DNA of 64,000 nt, taken from assembly GCA_024641545.1 (NCBI GenBank), contig JAHECW010000002.1, positions 14,164 to 78,163 on the forward strand, read 5' to 3'. The stretch comes from Acidobacteriota bacterium (GTDB lineage: Bacteria > Acidobacteriota > Thermoanaerobaculia > Thermoanaerobaculales > Sulfomarinibacteraceae). The translations under genes and the position numbers were made by a program. A model generated the notes under the pieces. The model was not told where the DNA came from and did not search any database. It was given only the letters and a program-made list of their open reading frames with translations. Below, one piece after another: positions 56,193 to 64,000 of the stretch. How positions within the stretch are numbered: position 1 is the first letter of the stretch; the number at the start of each line of letters is the position of its first letter.

Positions 56193-56696
56193 TCAGGTCG
56201 CCGGGATGGACTCGAGCCGGGATGCCGCAGCGAGCGCCAGCGGTGAGCGCCGGGGGCCGAGAAGGTTCGGCAGACCCATGAGCGCTGCCGTCACCGCGGC
56301 GGCGATGATCACCGCCGCCACCCGGACCGGGGCCACCCGGTTGCTGAAAACGACGCCCGCAAGCAGCATCCCCGGCGTCGCCTGCCGGATCATGATCGAC
56401 GCCGCGGCGGCGGCGAGCCACCACAGCAGACCCAGGGCGACTGCCCAGGGTAGGGCGGTCAGTGAGGGGCTGTGTCCGGCGGCGTCGAGACCGAAGAGGG
56501 CGGCGGTGCAGACCCCGAGCGCAGCCACGGCGTCGGCCCAGGAGGAGGCGAGCAGGTTGAGGGTCGGGGGCGAACCACTCGCATCGGCGTCCGGGGGAGG
56601 GCTGGCAACAGGGTCTTCATCGGGCGGGGATTCGTGAAGCACATCCCAGTTATTCGGGATCGCGCGCTCGCCGGGAGAGTCCTCGTCGGATCTCAT
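56193..56696 (-). CDS. RDD-family-like membrane protein with acidic/Pro-rich N-terminus
   Basis: Three hydrophobic segments and 'RQATPGMLLAGV', resembling the RDD motif. ATGA overlap with the TPR gene. Confidence 0.5.
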   Translation of the reverse strand: MRSDEDSPGERAIPNNWDVLHESPPDEDPVASPPPDADASGSPPTLNLLASSWADAVAALGVCTAALFGLDAAGHSPSLTALPWAVALGLLWWLAAAAASIMIRQATPGMLLAGVVFSNRVAPVRVAAVIIAAAVTAALMGLPNLLGPRRSPLALAAASRLESIPAT

Positions 56697-58951
56697 CGCT
56701 CGTTCATGCTTCGGATGAAGATTTCGAGTCGCATATCGGCCGCGCGGACCTTGTACTTCTGGACGAATTCGAGGAATCGAACGGCTTCCTCGTCGTCAGG
56801 CTTGAGCTCGAGGAGCCGCGTCAGGTGGTTTTCCGAGCCGGTGAGGTTGTAGGCGCGTGATTCGGCGAGCGCCGCGTTGAAAAGGCTGCGCTCGAGGACC
56901 ACCCTCAGGTCTCCCTGTCCCGGGTATTGCTGAAGAAGATCTTCGCTGATGCTCACCGCGGTCCGGTAGTTTCGGGTCTTGAGCGCGGCCTCGAGAGCCG
57001 GCGCCTCGGGTTCGCTGTCGATGACCATCTGGCGGATTTCGATCAATCCCGAGTCGTCGGGATACGCCACGAGGCCGTCGGCCGCGGCCATATAGGCCGA
57101 CCACCACAGGCCCTGGTCGAGCATCGCCCGGGCGCGGGAGGCGTCCTCGGGCACCGGGGTCGGGGTCGGAGGAGCGAGGCTCTCCTCATACTTGGCGATC
57201 CGCATCTCGATTCGTTGTCGCGACAGACCCGCCGACGGAAACTCGCGGAGCAGGTGGAGAGCCTCCTCCACCTTGTGCTCCTTGAAGAGGCGATCGGCCG
57301 CCACCAGGACTTCGCTGACGGCTGCCGAATCATCGACCTCGGGTTCCGGGGCAAGAAATCTGCCTCCCAGCCAGACACCGGCGAAGACCACGACCAGGGC
57401 GGTGCCGGCGATGGCCAGCCACCGCATGGAGAGCCTGCTGCGGAGGCGCTCCATGAGCGACAGCTCCTCGAAGCCCTCGAAATCGTCGTCGTGGTCTTCG
57501 AAGAGATCGTCGGCGAGGTCGACGGGGGCGGCAACCGTGTCCGTGCCGGGTGCGAGATCACCGAAGAGGTCATCATCGAGATCCGGGAGCTCCGGCGGCG
57601 CCGGCGCCGGTTCGTGTTTTTCTGCGACCGCGGGCTCGACAGCCGGTGGTTTGGCGGATGCCACGCCCTGTTCTCGATCCAGCTGTTCTTTGAGCAGGTT
57701 GACATCGAGATGGTTGGGCCGCAGCGCCAGCGACTTGTTGATGAGCAGACGGGCGGCGTCGTGCTCGCCCTCATCAAAAGCATCGCGCGCTTTCCCGAGC
57801 AGCGTCGCGATCTGATCCTCGGTCTCGGCGAGAGCCTTCTTTGCCCGTTCGATCAAATGACCGGCTTCGGGGTGCGCCGGTTTGATGAGAAAAACCCGCG
57901 ACCAAAGGGAAATCGCCAGCGGCTGATCGCCCCGATCAAACGCCGCCTGGCCCTGCTCGATGAACCCCGGGATCGATGAGGCGATCGAATTCTCATCGAC
58001 GTCTCTTCCGCCGCCGGAATCCAAACGGTCGGCGCCGGTCGCGTCGCCGGTGTCGGGATATCCGGGTGGAGCGGCGAAGAGATCGGCGGTGTCGTCCATC
58101 GGGGGGAAGGACACGTCGTCGCCGGCGCCGGCGCCGAACTCGGACGCCGGGACGGAATCCCGCGTCGACGGTACCGCCTCGGAATCGATGAGATCGGCAA
58201 AAGGATCCTGGGTGTCGAATTCGACGGCAAACGCGTCTTCGAACTCCGGTTCGGGCTTGTCCGCGGGTGGTCCCGGGTCGAAGGCGGCGGCCGAGAAGGC
58301 CTCCGACTCCGCTCCCGTGGTGGCCGACCGGGACGGTGGCTGGGCGACGGGCGGCGCCGACGACGGTTCTGCAACCGCTTCCTGGGACAGAGCGAGCCCT
58401 CCGGTTTCGTCGATTTCCTTGAGCGTCGAGGCGATCCCGGTGTGGTGCGGGTCGAGGGCCTGGGCCATCATGACGAAGTTGGCCGCCTCCTGCGGGTCGC
58501 CGTTGGCGAGAGCCTCCCGGGCCTGGATCAGGAACTGGCCGACCTGGCCCTCGATCTTGAGGGCCTTGTCTATCTGGTCTCTGAGGTCGCGGGCTTCCTG
58601 ATGGCCGGGGAGATCGATCAGGACCTTATCGACCTTCTCTCTCGCGGCCAGGAATTCTCGCGAATTGAAGTCGTCCACCGCTTCGATGAGCAGACCGTTG
58701 ATGGCCTCGGTGGTCGGCGCCTGCAGTTGGGCGATAATGTCCCCGAGATCGATCTCCTTCGGGCTCGCGGCGAGTTGGCGTTTGAGATGGGCCGCCGGGT
58801 GGAAACTCGGATCGAGGCGAAGCACGAACTCGAGGCCGATCATCGCCTCCTCGCGCTGTCCGGCTTGGAGGTTGGTGAGCACTTGTTTGAAGGCCGTCAT
58901 GACCCGCTCTTGTGCTTGTACGGAGAGCCCAGAGTTTCCTGGATATGACAT
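56693..58951 (-). CDS. Large bitopic TPR-repeat protein
   Basis: 752 aa. N-terminal TPR-like helices, a long acidic low-complexity linker, one TM 'WLAIAGTALVVVFAGVWLGG', and C-terminal TPR-like helices. Confidence 0.7.
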   Translation of the reverse strand: MSYPGNSGLSVQAQERVMTAFKQVLTNLQAGQREEAMIGLEFVLRLDPSFHPAAHLKRQLAASPKEIDLGDIIAQLQAPTTEAINGLLIEAVDDFNSREFLAAREKVDKVLIDLPGHQEARDLRDQIDKALKIEGQVGQFLIQAREALANGDPQEAANFVMMAQALDPHHTGIASTLKEIDETGGLALSQEAVAEPSSAPPVAQPPSRSATTGAESEAFSAAAFDPGPPADKPEPEFEDAFAVEFDTQDPFADLIDSEAVPSTRDSVPASEFGAGAGDDVSFPPMDDTADLFAAPPGYPDTGDATGADRLDSGGGRDVDENSIASSIPGFIEQGQAAFDRGDQPLAISLWSRVFLIKPAHPEAGHLIERAKKALAETEDQIATLLGKARDAFDEGEHDAARLLINKSLALRPNHLDVNLLKEQLDREQGVASAKPPAVEPAVAEKHEPAPAPPELPDLDDDLFGDLAPGTDTVAAPVDLADDLFEDHDDDFEGFEELSLMERLRSRLSMRWLAIAGTALVVVFAGVWLGGRFLAPEPEVDDSAAVSEVLVAADRLFKEHKVEEALHLLREFPSAGLSRQRIEMRIAKYEESLAPPTPTPVPEDASRARAMLDQGLWWSAYMAAADGLVAYPDDSGLIEIRQMVIDSEPEAPALEAALKTRNYRTAVSISEDLLQQYPGQGDLRVVLERSLFNAALAESRAYNLTGSENHLTRLLELKPDDEEAVRFLEFVQKYKVRAADMRLEIFIRSMNER

Positions 58952-58981
58952 GTCGTGACGATGGTAGCAAGTGGGTCATCC

Positions 58982-59001
58982 CACGGTCAACGAAGACCGT
59001 G
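58982..59001 (-). terminator. Hairpin after the kinase gene
   Basis: CACGGTC-6 nt-GACCGTG. No U-tract. Confidence 0.3.
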
Positions 59002-59010
59002 CGATCTTGA

Positions 59011-61122
59011 TCACGAAAGAGGTTCGATATTCTCGCCGATGAGGGCGCCGGAGAGGATGATCGTGATGATCGCGCCGCCCTCGGGTCGATTTGCGATTTT
59101 CAGCATGCCGCCGTGTTCGGTGACGATCCGGTGAACGACGGCGAGACCGATTCCGGACCCCCGGCCCTTGGTGGAGTAGAAGGGCTGGAGAAGGAGCTCG
59201 GTATCCTCGGTCGGCAGACCCACGCCGGTGTCGGCGACCGTGAAGACGAGATCGCGGGCCTCCGACCGTGCCGAAACCGCGATGGTTCCAGGGCCGGGGA
59301 TGGCCGCGATGGAATTGTCGAGAAGGTTGACCAGGGCCTGGTTGAGCAGCACCGGGTCGAGCATGCCGACCAGGTCCTCGTCCGGCAGGGCGAGCTCGAT
59401 GGCCAAACCCTCGCGGACGCCGTCGTACAGCGAACAGACTTCACGGAGGATGCGATTGACCGACGCCGGACGCGGTCGAACCGTCGGCATCCGCGCATAC
59501 TCGCGGAACGAATCCACCAGTTGCTTGAGCCCGGACACCTGGGTGACGATGGCGTCGCAACCGGACGAAACCACTTCGCCGAGCGCCGGATCGAGCCTTC
59601 CGGCATGGCGGTGGATCCGTTCCGCGGCGAGCTGGATCGGGGTCAGCGGGTTTTTGATTTCGTGGGCGATTCGCTGGGCAACCTCGCTCCACGCGGCCTG
59701 GCGTTGGGCGCGGACCAACTGGGTGAGGTCGTCCATCGCGACGACGCTCCCGCCACCGGCGAGGGTGGTGATGGTGACCTCGACGTGGAGGATCGCCCCA
59801 CCGGATTCGAGATCGGCTTCAAACCTGGTTTCGCGGATCGGACCGGCGCTCAGGGGGGTGTGCAGCTCCTCGAGACCGGGCTCGCCGAGCCGGTCGAGCT
59901 CGAGCCAATCGCCGGCCCACTCGGGATGACCCAGCATCGCCGCCGCGGCCGGGTTGGGTCGGAAGGTGCGCCCGTCGGCGGCGATGGTCAGAACACCCGT
60001 GGGGATGGCCGCCAACAGGGTGGCCATCTCGTTGGCCGACGCGCGGATATCGGCTTCGGTGGCGCGGACCCTGCGGACCATGGCGTTGAACGAGTCCACC
60101 AGCACCGCCATCTCGTCCGTCGCCGGTACGGTGACCTCGACGAGCTCGTCGCCACCGGCGACGCCGCGGGTTGCATCCGCCACCGCGAGCAAGGGTTCGG
60201 TGAAGCGGCGGGAGAGGAAGAGCCCGATCCAGACGGTTCCGAAAAGGAGCAGGAGGGTGATGGCGAGGAAGACGAGGATGGTGGTCGAAGTGACCATCCC
60301 GCGGGCCAATTTCATTTCTTGGAACTCGACGTGCGCGGCGTTGGCGCGATCGAGGTGCTGGAGCAGCTGACGGGGGAGAATGGTGCCGACCACGACGGTG
60401 GAGTACCCGTCTTCCATGGGACGCCACGCCCGTACCAGCAGCACGCTCCGCCAGCGGGTGGCGCGGACGCCGGAGGCGGGGAGGTCGTCGAGATTGAGCG
60501 GCGGTAGCGCGGCCGGCAGACGTCGGGGATCGGTCACCGCCTGGACCAGATCCGGTCCGTCGTAGATCGCCACCAGATCGACGCTGAGGAGGGTTCGGAG
60601 CCGCGCCAGGCTCTGGGAGTCCGGATTCGACCGGAGTTCGCCGCTGGCAACGGCAACCTGCTCCAGCAACCGGTCCTCGACCTCCTTCCGGATCTCGATG
60701 GTGACCTCGGACCCGACCAGAAGAATCTCCTCCACGGGTGAAGAAAACCAACGATCGATGGAGCGCTGGAGAAGGTTGGTGGCGATGAGAAAGATAAAGA
60801 TGACCGGGACAAAGGTCAGGGCGACATAGGTCAGCACCAGCTTGGTGCGAAAACGACCACCGAGGATGCCGCTCCGCCACTCCGCCACGAGGCGGACGAC
60901 GTTTCGAACGATGACGAAGGATAGGATGAGGATCAGCGAGATGTCGAGGTACCAGAGAATGAAGAGCAGCAAGCGGTTGGTGAGCTCGTCGGGGGAGACG
61001 CTCTGGGCGCGTTGGAGCAGATAGTAGGCTCCGGTGCTCAGGGTCATCAAGAACAGGAAGGCGCCGAGAAGGAACCGGTTCTCGCGGCGGTGACGATTCC
61101 AGGCGCGGACCAGGGCGCCCAC
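59011..61122 (-). CDS. NtrY-like sensor histidine kinase (multi-TM, HAMP, PAS, HisKA, HATPase)
   Basis: H-box 'HEIKNPLTPIQLAAER', N-box 'LLDNSIAA', and G-boxes 'DTGVG' and 'GSGIGL'. Confidence 0.9.
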   Translation of the reverse strand: MGALVRAWNRHRRENRFLLGAFLFLMTLSTGAYYLLQRAQSVSPDELTNRLLLFILWYLDISLILILSFVIVRNVVRLVAEWRSGILGGRFRTKLVLTYVALTFVPVIFIFLIATNLLQRSIDRWFSSPVEEILLVGSEVTIEIRKEVEDRLLEQVAVASGELRSNPDSQSLARLRTLLSVDLVAIYDGPDLVQAVTDPRRLPAALPPLNLDDLPASGVRATRWRSVLLVRAWRPMEDGYSTVVVGTILPRQLLQHLDRANAAHVEFQEMKLARGMVTSTTILVFLAITLLLLFGTVWIGLFLSRRFTEPLLAVADATRGVAGGDELVEVTVPATDEMAVLVDSFNAMVRRVRATEADIRASANEMATLLAAIPTGVLTIAADGRTFRPNPAAAAMLGHPEWAGDWLELDRLGEPGLEELHTPLSAGPIRETRFEADLESGGAILHVEVTITTLAGGGSVVAMDDLTQLVRAQRQAAWSEVAQRIAHEIKNPLTPIQLAAERIHRHAGRLDPALGEVVSSGCDAIVTQVSGLKQLVDSFREYARMPTVRPRPASVNRILREVCSLYDGVREGLAIELALPDEDLVGMLDPVLLNQALVNLLDNSIAAIPGPGTIAVSARSEARDLVFTVADTGVGLPTEDTELLLQPFYSTKGRGSGIGLAVVHRIVTEHGGMLKIANRPEGGAIITIILSGALIGENIEPLS

Positions 61123-61125
61123 GAT

Positions 61126-61659
61126 CTACTCGGCGTCCTCGGGCTCGGCAACCGGTTCCAGGATGATCTCGTTCCAGGGAGTTGCGTTCTGGGTCGGGAA
61201 GATGAGCCAGGTGGTTCCGGAGGAGAACACCGCGCGGACCCGAATCCTGAGGGTGGCCTGCCGGCGCTCGACCGGCAGCTCGACTCGGACCGATGGCGGT
61301 TCGGTCAACCACACGACGGCTTCCTCGAGGGACTCCGCTTCGTTGGACGCGGTGATGATACCGTTGAGGACGACCTGGCACCTGAAACGGCCGGTGACGG
61401 CGTCGAAGGCTGCAAGACTGACCAACTCGCCGGTGAAGAGCCGGCGGTCCCACCATCCTCGGCGTTTGGCCCGGACTCGGAGGGGATAGGTCAAACGAAC
61501 CTCGGCGCCCGACTCGAGGGCTGCGGTGACGTCGTCCGGTAGCGCGGCGAGCAGGCGAAATCCGACTTCGACTGTTGCCGGATCGCGGGTCACTTCGAGG
61601 GCGACGGAATCGGGCAGGGCGATTCCCGTTGCGAGCAGGAGAACGAGCACGAAAGGCAT
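61126..61659 (-). CDS. Secreted/periplasmic protein, DUF4390-like
   Basis: It has a signal-like N-terminus and lies 3 nt upstream of the NtrY-like kinase. This is the usual context of DUF4390 as I recall it. The family call is from memory, not from a search. Confidence 0.6.
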   Translation of the reverse strand: MPFVLVLLLATGIALPDSVALEVTRDPATVEVGFRLLAALPDDVTAALESGAEVRLTYPLRVRAKRRGWWDRRLFTGELVSLAAFDAVTGRFRCQVVLNGIITASNEAESLEEAVVWLTEPPSVRVELPVERRQATLRIRVRAVFSSGTTWLIFPTQNATPWNEIILEPVAEPEDAE

Positions 61660-61841
61660 GGTGGGCCGATTCTACCACCGGGAGGACGCGGCGAAGGAAC
61701 GCACGCGTCAGGCGTCAGTTTCTGCGCTACCGTGTGGAGGGAAGCAATGCATCCGGGAGGGATGCTTCGGTGTTCCGGTCGACGCCGATTGAGACCGGGC
61801 GCACGAGAGGAAGAGGATCAGTAACCGTTCGAGGAGAGGAC

Positions 61842-63371
61842 ATGACCGCGCAACTACAATCCCGGGCGCCGGATACGGAACGAGCCTTCAAAGAGGTCCT
61901 GTATCGTTTCATGGGCGACGTCCATGCCACCAAGGCGGCCCTCTATCTGAAGTCGACCGATGGGAACTGGTCGCTCGCCACCCAGTACGGTTTCGGACGT
62001 CGGGACCGGTTGTCGGAGTCTTTTGCCGACGATCACCCCATCGTCCGCATGGTGCGGGCCTTTGGCGAAAACCCCCGGTTCTACAACGATCCCAGCGAAA
62101 CCGGTGAACTGGAGAGCTATCTCACGGCTGCGGGAACCGCCCGGTTGATGTTGGTACCGCTGGTGGGCAGCGCCGGCCAGGTCGGCTTTGTCGATGTTCG
62201 GGACAAGGGAGGGCAGCGGCCCTTTGTCGTCGAAGATCTCGATCTGTCGCGCTCGATCGCGGTCCGGTTGGCCGAGTTGGTCGAGGACGGCGAGGACGGC
62301 GAGGACAACGGTCCCACCGGTGGGACCGAGGCCGTGAAGACCGCGGTGCCGACCCCGGCGCTCGAGCCCCCGGTCGATCCCGGCGACGGGCCCCGGGCGC
62401 TCCTCGATGAACCGGGGTTTGACGAGATCAACGGCGCCGCGGTCGACGGGCTCGCCGATCCGCGCGTGGTGGCGATCGCGCTGAGCATCGCCAGTCGTAC
62501 CGCCGGCGCCACCCTGGTTCACCAGCGCTCCGGCTCCCCCGCCGTCGAATTGGATCCGCTCATCACCCACCAGGCGGAAGCCATGCGTCAGGCATCGGTC
62601 CCGGTGCCGCTGTCCGCGACGTGGAAGACCGAAGTCCACCGCGTGGCGGGCACCGCCGGCGCCGCGCGGAACCCGGTCATCGGGACATCGATCCTGCTCG
62701 CCGCCTCCGGCAGCTGTCTCGTCGCCTCGGTCATCGCCGATGCCGAACCGGCGCTGGCCAAACAGACCCTCGAGCGGCTTGGATGCCGCGTCGCCGAGGC
62801 GCGGGAGCGGTTCCGTCTTCGGATCGCCCGGCGCGGGCTGGCCCGTCGGCTGCTGCAACCCGGCGACCGCCGTTATCCGGAACTGGTCGCGCACTCCCTC
62901 GGCGTCTCGCGTCTGTGCTGGTCCATCGCCCGGGTGCTCGGGTTCGATGAATCGGCCACGGAGGAGGCGGCTCTTGCCGGTCTGCTGCACGATGTCGGGA
63001 TGCGGGAGCTCGACTACGACCGACTCTACATGCACCCGACGCCGGGCCCCGAGGATCGCCGAACCTATCGCATGCACGTCGAGGTCGGCGACCGCATCGT
63101 TCGGGTCGAGGGCTTCGACGAGATCGCCGACGCGGTGCGCCACCATCACGAGAGGTGGGATGGCAACGGTTATCCCGACCGATTGGCCAACACCGCCATC
63201 CCCGCCCTCGCACGAATCGTCCACGTTGCCGAGGTCTTCGACCTCTTCACCGCGGCCAACAGCTACCGACCGGCGGTGAGCCAGGAACGAGCGCTCGCGA
63301 TCCTTCAGCGGGCGGCGGGGCACCAGTTCGATCCGGCGGTGGTCGAGGCCATCGCCAAGGTGATCGCATGA
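61842..63371 (+). CDS. GAF-like / HD-GYP domain protein (putative c-di-GMP phosphodiesterase)
   Basis: Contains 'LLHDVGM' and 'HHERWDGNGYP'. ATG follows GAGGAGAGGA. Confidence 0.85.
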   Translation: MTAQLQSRAPDTERAFKEVLYRFMGDVHATKAALYLKSTDGNWSLATQYGFGRRDRLSESFADDHPIVRMVRAFGENPRFYNDPSETGELESYLTAAGTARLMLVPLVGSAGQVGFVDVRDKGGQRPFVVEDLDLSRSIAVRLAELVEDGEDGEDNGPTGGTEAVKTAVPTPALEPPVDPGDGPRALLDEPGFDEINGAAVDGLADPRVVAIALSIASRTAGATLVHQRSGSPAVELDPLITHQAEAMRQASVPVPLSATWKTEVHRVAGTAGAARNPVIGTSILLAASGSCLVASVIADAEPALAKQTLERLGCRVAEARERFRLRIARRGLARRLLQPGDRRYPELVAHSLGVSRLCWSIARVLGFDESATEEAALAGLLHDVGMRELDYDRLYMHPTPGPEDRRTYRMHVEVGDRIVRVEGFDEIADAVRHHHERWDGNGYPDRLANTAIPALARIVHVAEVFDLFTAANSYRPAVSQERALAILQRAAGHQFDPAVVEAIAKVIA

Positions 63372-63826
63372 ACGACGAGCGCCGCGTGATCGCGCAGAAT
63401 CGCCGGGCCCGGCATCTCTATCACTTCCTCGAGCACGAGGTCGCCGGGATCGAGCTGCGCGGCACCGAGGTCAAGGCGATCCGGGACGGCAGGGTCAATC
63501 TCACCGACGCCCACGTCCATTTTGCCAACGGCGAGGCGGTGCTCATGGGATGTCACATCGGCCCGTACGAGCACGGCGGGTACGCGAGCCATGAAGCTCG
63601 TCGCCCGCGGCGGTTGCTGATGCACAAGCGTCAGATCGAGCGTCTCGCCTCGAAGGTGCAGGAAAAGGGGCTGGCAGTGATCCCGACGGCGGTGGTGCTG
63701 ATCGGCAACTGGATCAAGATCGAGATCGCGCTGGCCCGCGGCAAACAGCTTCACGACAAGCGCGAAACGCTGCGCCGGCGAACCCTGGACCGTGAGGCCG
63801 AGCAGGCGGTCAAGGAACGCGAGTAG
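63368..63826 (+). CDS. smpB: SsrA-binding protein SmpB
   Basis: Contains 'IAQNRRARHLY', 'GIELRGTEVK' and a basic C-terminal tail. ATGA overlap with the HD-GYP gene. Confidence 0.95.
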   Translation: MNDERRVIAQNRRARHLYHFLEHEVAGIELRGTEVKAIRDGRVNLTDAHVHFANGEAVLMGCHIGPYEHGGYASHEARRPRRLLMHKRQIERLASKVQEKGLAVIPTAVVLIGNWIKIEIALARGKQLHDKRETLRRRTLDREAEQAVKERE

Positions 63827-63902
63827 ACCGCGAGCGCGCCGATGCGGTAGTATAACCGAGACATAAAAACAACCACCCCGCGGCGGGAACGAAGGCGGCC
63901 GT

Positions 63903-64000
63903 GGGCGGGTTCTCTCTGGTGTCCGACGAGCGAACGAGGGCAGGTATGGCCAGACACGACCGCGACCAGACAGCGACGGGCGCCTGATGCGCGACGACAT
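63903..64000 (+). ncRNA. ssrA: Possible 5' part of tmRNA (ssrA), truncated by window end
   Basis: Lies downstream of smpB. 'GGGCGGGTTCTCTCTGGTGTCCGACG' loosely resembles the tmRNA 5' end GGGGnnn...GGnTTCGACG. However, it has TCCGAC instead of TTCGAC and a longer spacer. The 3' tRNA-like domain is not visible. Confidence 0.3.

Noticed and set aside
62283-62306. Tandem GAGGACGGC repeats
   Set aside because: They simply encode the EDGEDGED acidic linker within the HD-GYP protein. This is not a repeat element.

Overview
High-GC bacterial chromosome window centred on the replication origin. There are no transposases, phage genes, CRISPR arrays or rRNA. Gene order is the ancestral ori-region arrangement. 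To the left of the origin, on the minus strand: bactofilin<-parB<-parA<-rsmG<-mnmG<-mnmE<-jag<-yidC<-rnpA<-rpmH. To the right, on the plus strand: dnaA->[oriC]->dnaN->recF->gyrB->gyrA. A dense DnaA-box cluster with an AT-rich segment lies between dnaA and dnaN. Two perfect 16-bp parS palindromes lie in the rsmG/parA junction and inside mnmG. The rest of the window is mostly core housekeeping genes. These include mreBCD-mrdA-rodA-rng and a long minus-strand run tRNA-Lys/tRNA-Leu-tig-clpP-clpX-lon-engB-rho-mqnC/E-like. They also include a split F-ATPase operon (b'-b-delta-alpha-gamma-beta-epsilon, with no a/c subunits), lexA, cutA, pdxST, dprA, trmFO and smpB. The less ordinary parts are listed here.
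- A 5'-truncated FecR-domain gene is translationally coupled to mreB.
- A signalling patch carries a LMW-PTP, an ECF sigma/anti-sigma pair and a convergent RsbW/STAS pair, next to an uncharacterised two-domain protein.
- A bactofilin gene is fused by overlap to the end of parAB.
- A tightly packed minus-strand cluster reads DUF4390 - NtrY-like kinase - large TPR membrane protein - RDD protein - GT2 - Xer recombinase.
- A GAF/HD-GYP gene has its stop overlapping the smpB start.
- At least six genes carry a -10-like hexamer 6-9 nt upstream of the ATG, which suggests leaderless mRNAs.
I did not find a self-contained, clearly novel multi-gene system such as a defence island. The candidates below are modest and are scored accordingly. 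Many very long ORFs in the track, for example 42650..46903 on the minus strand, are antisense shadows of real genes, as is typical of high-GC DNA. All functional calls rest on motifs I recognise by eye in the supplied translations. No database search was run.
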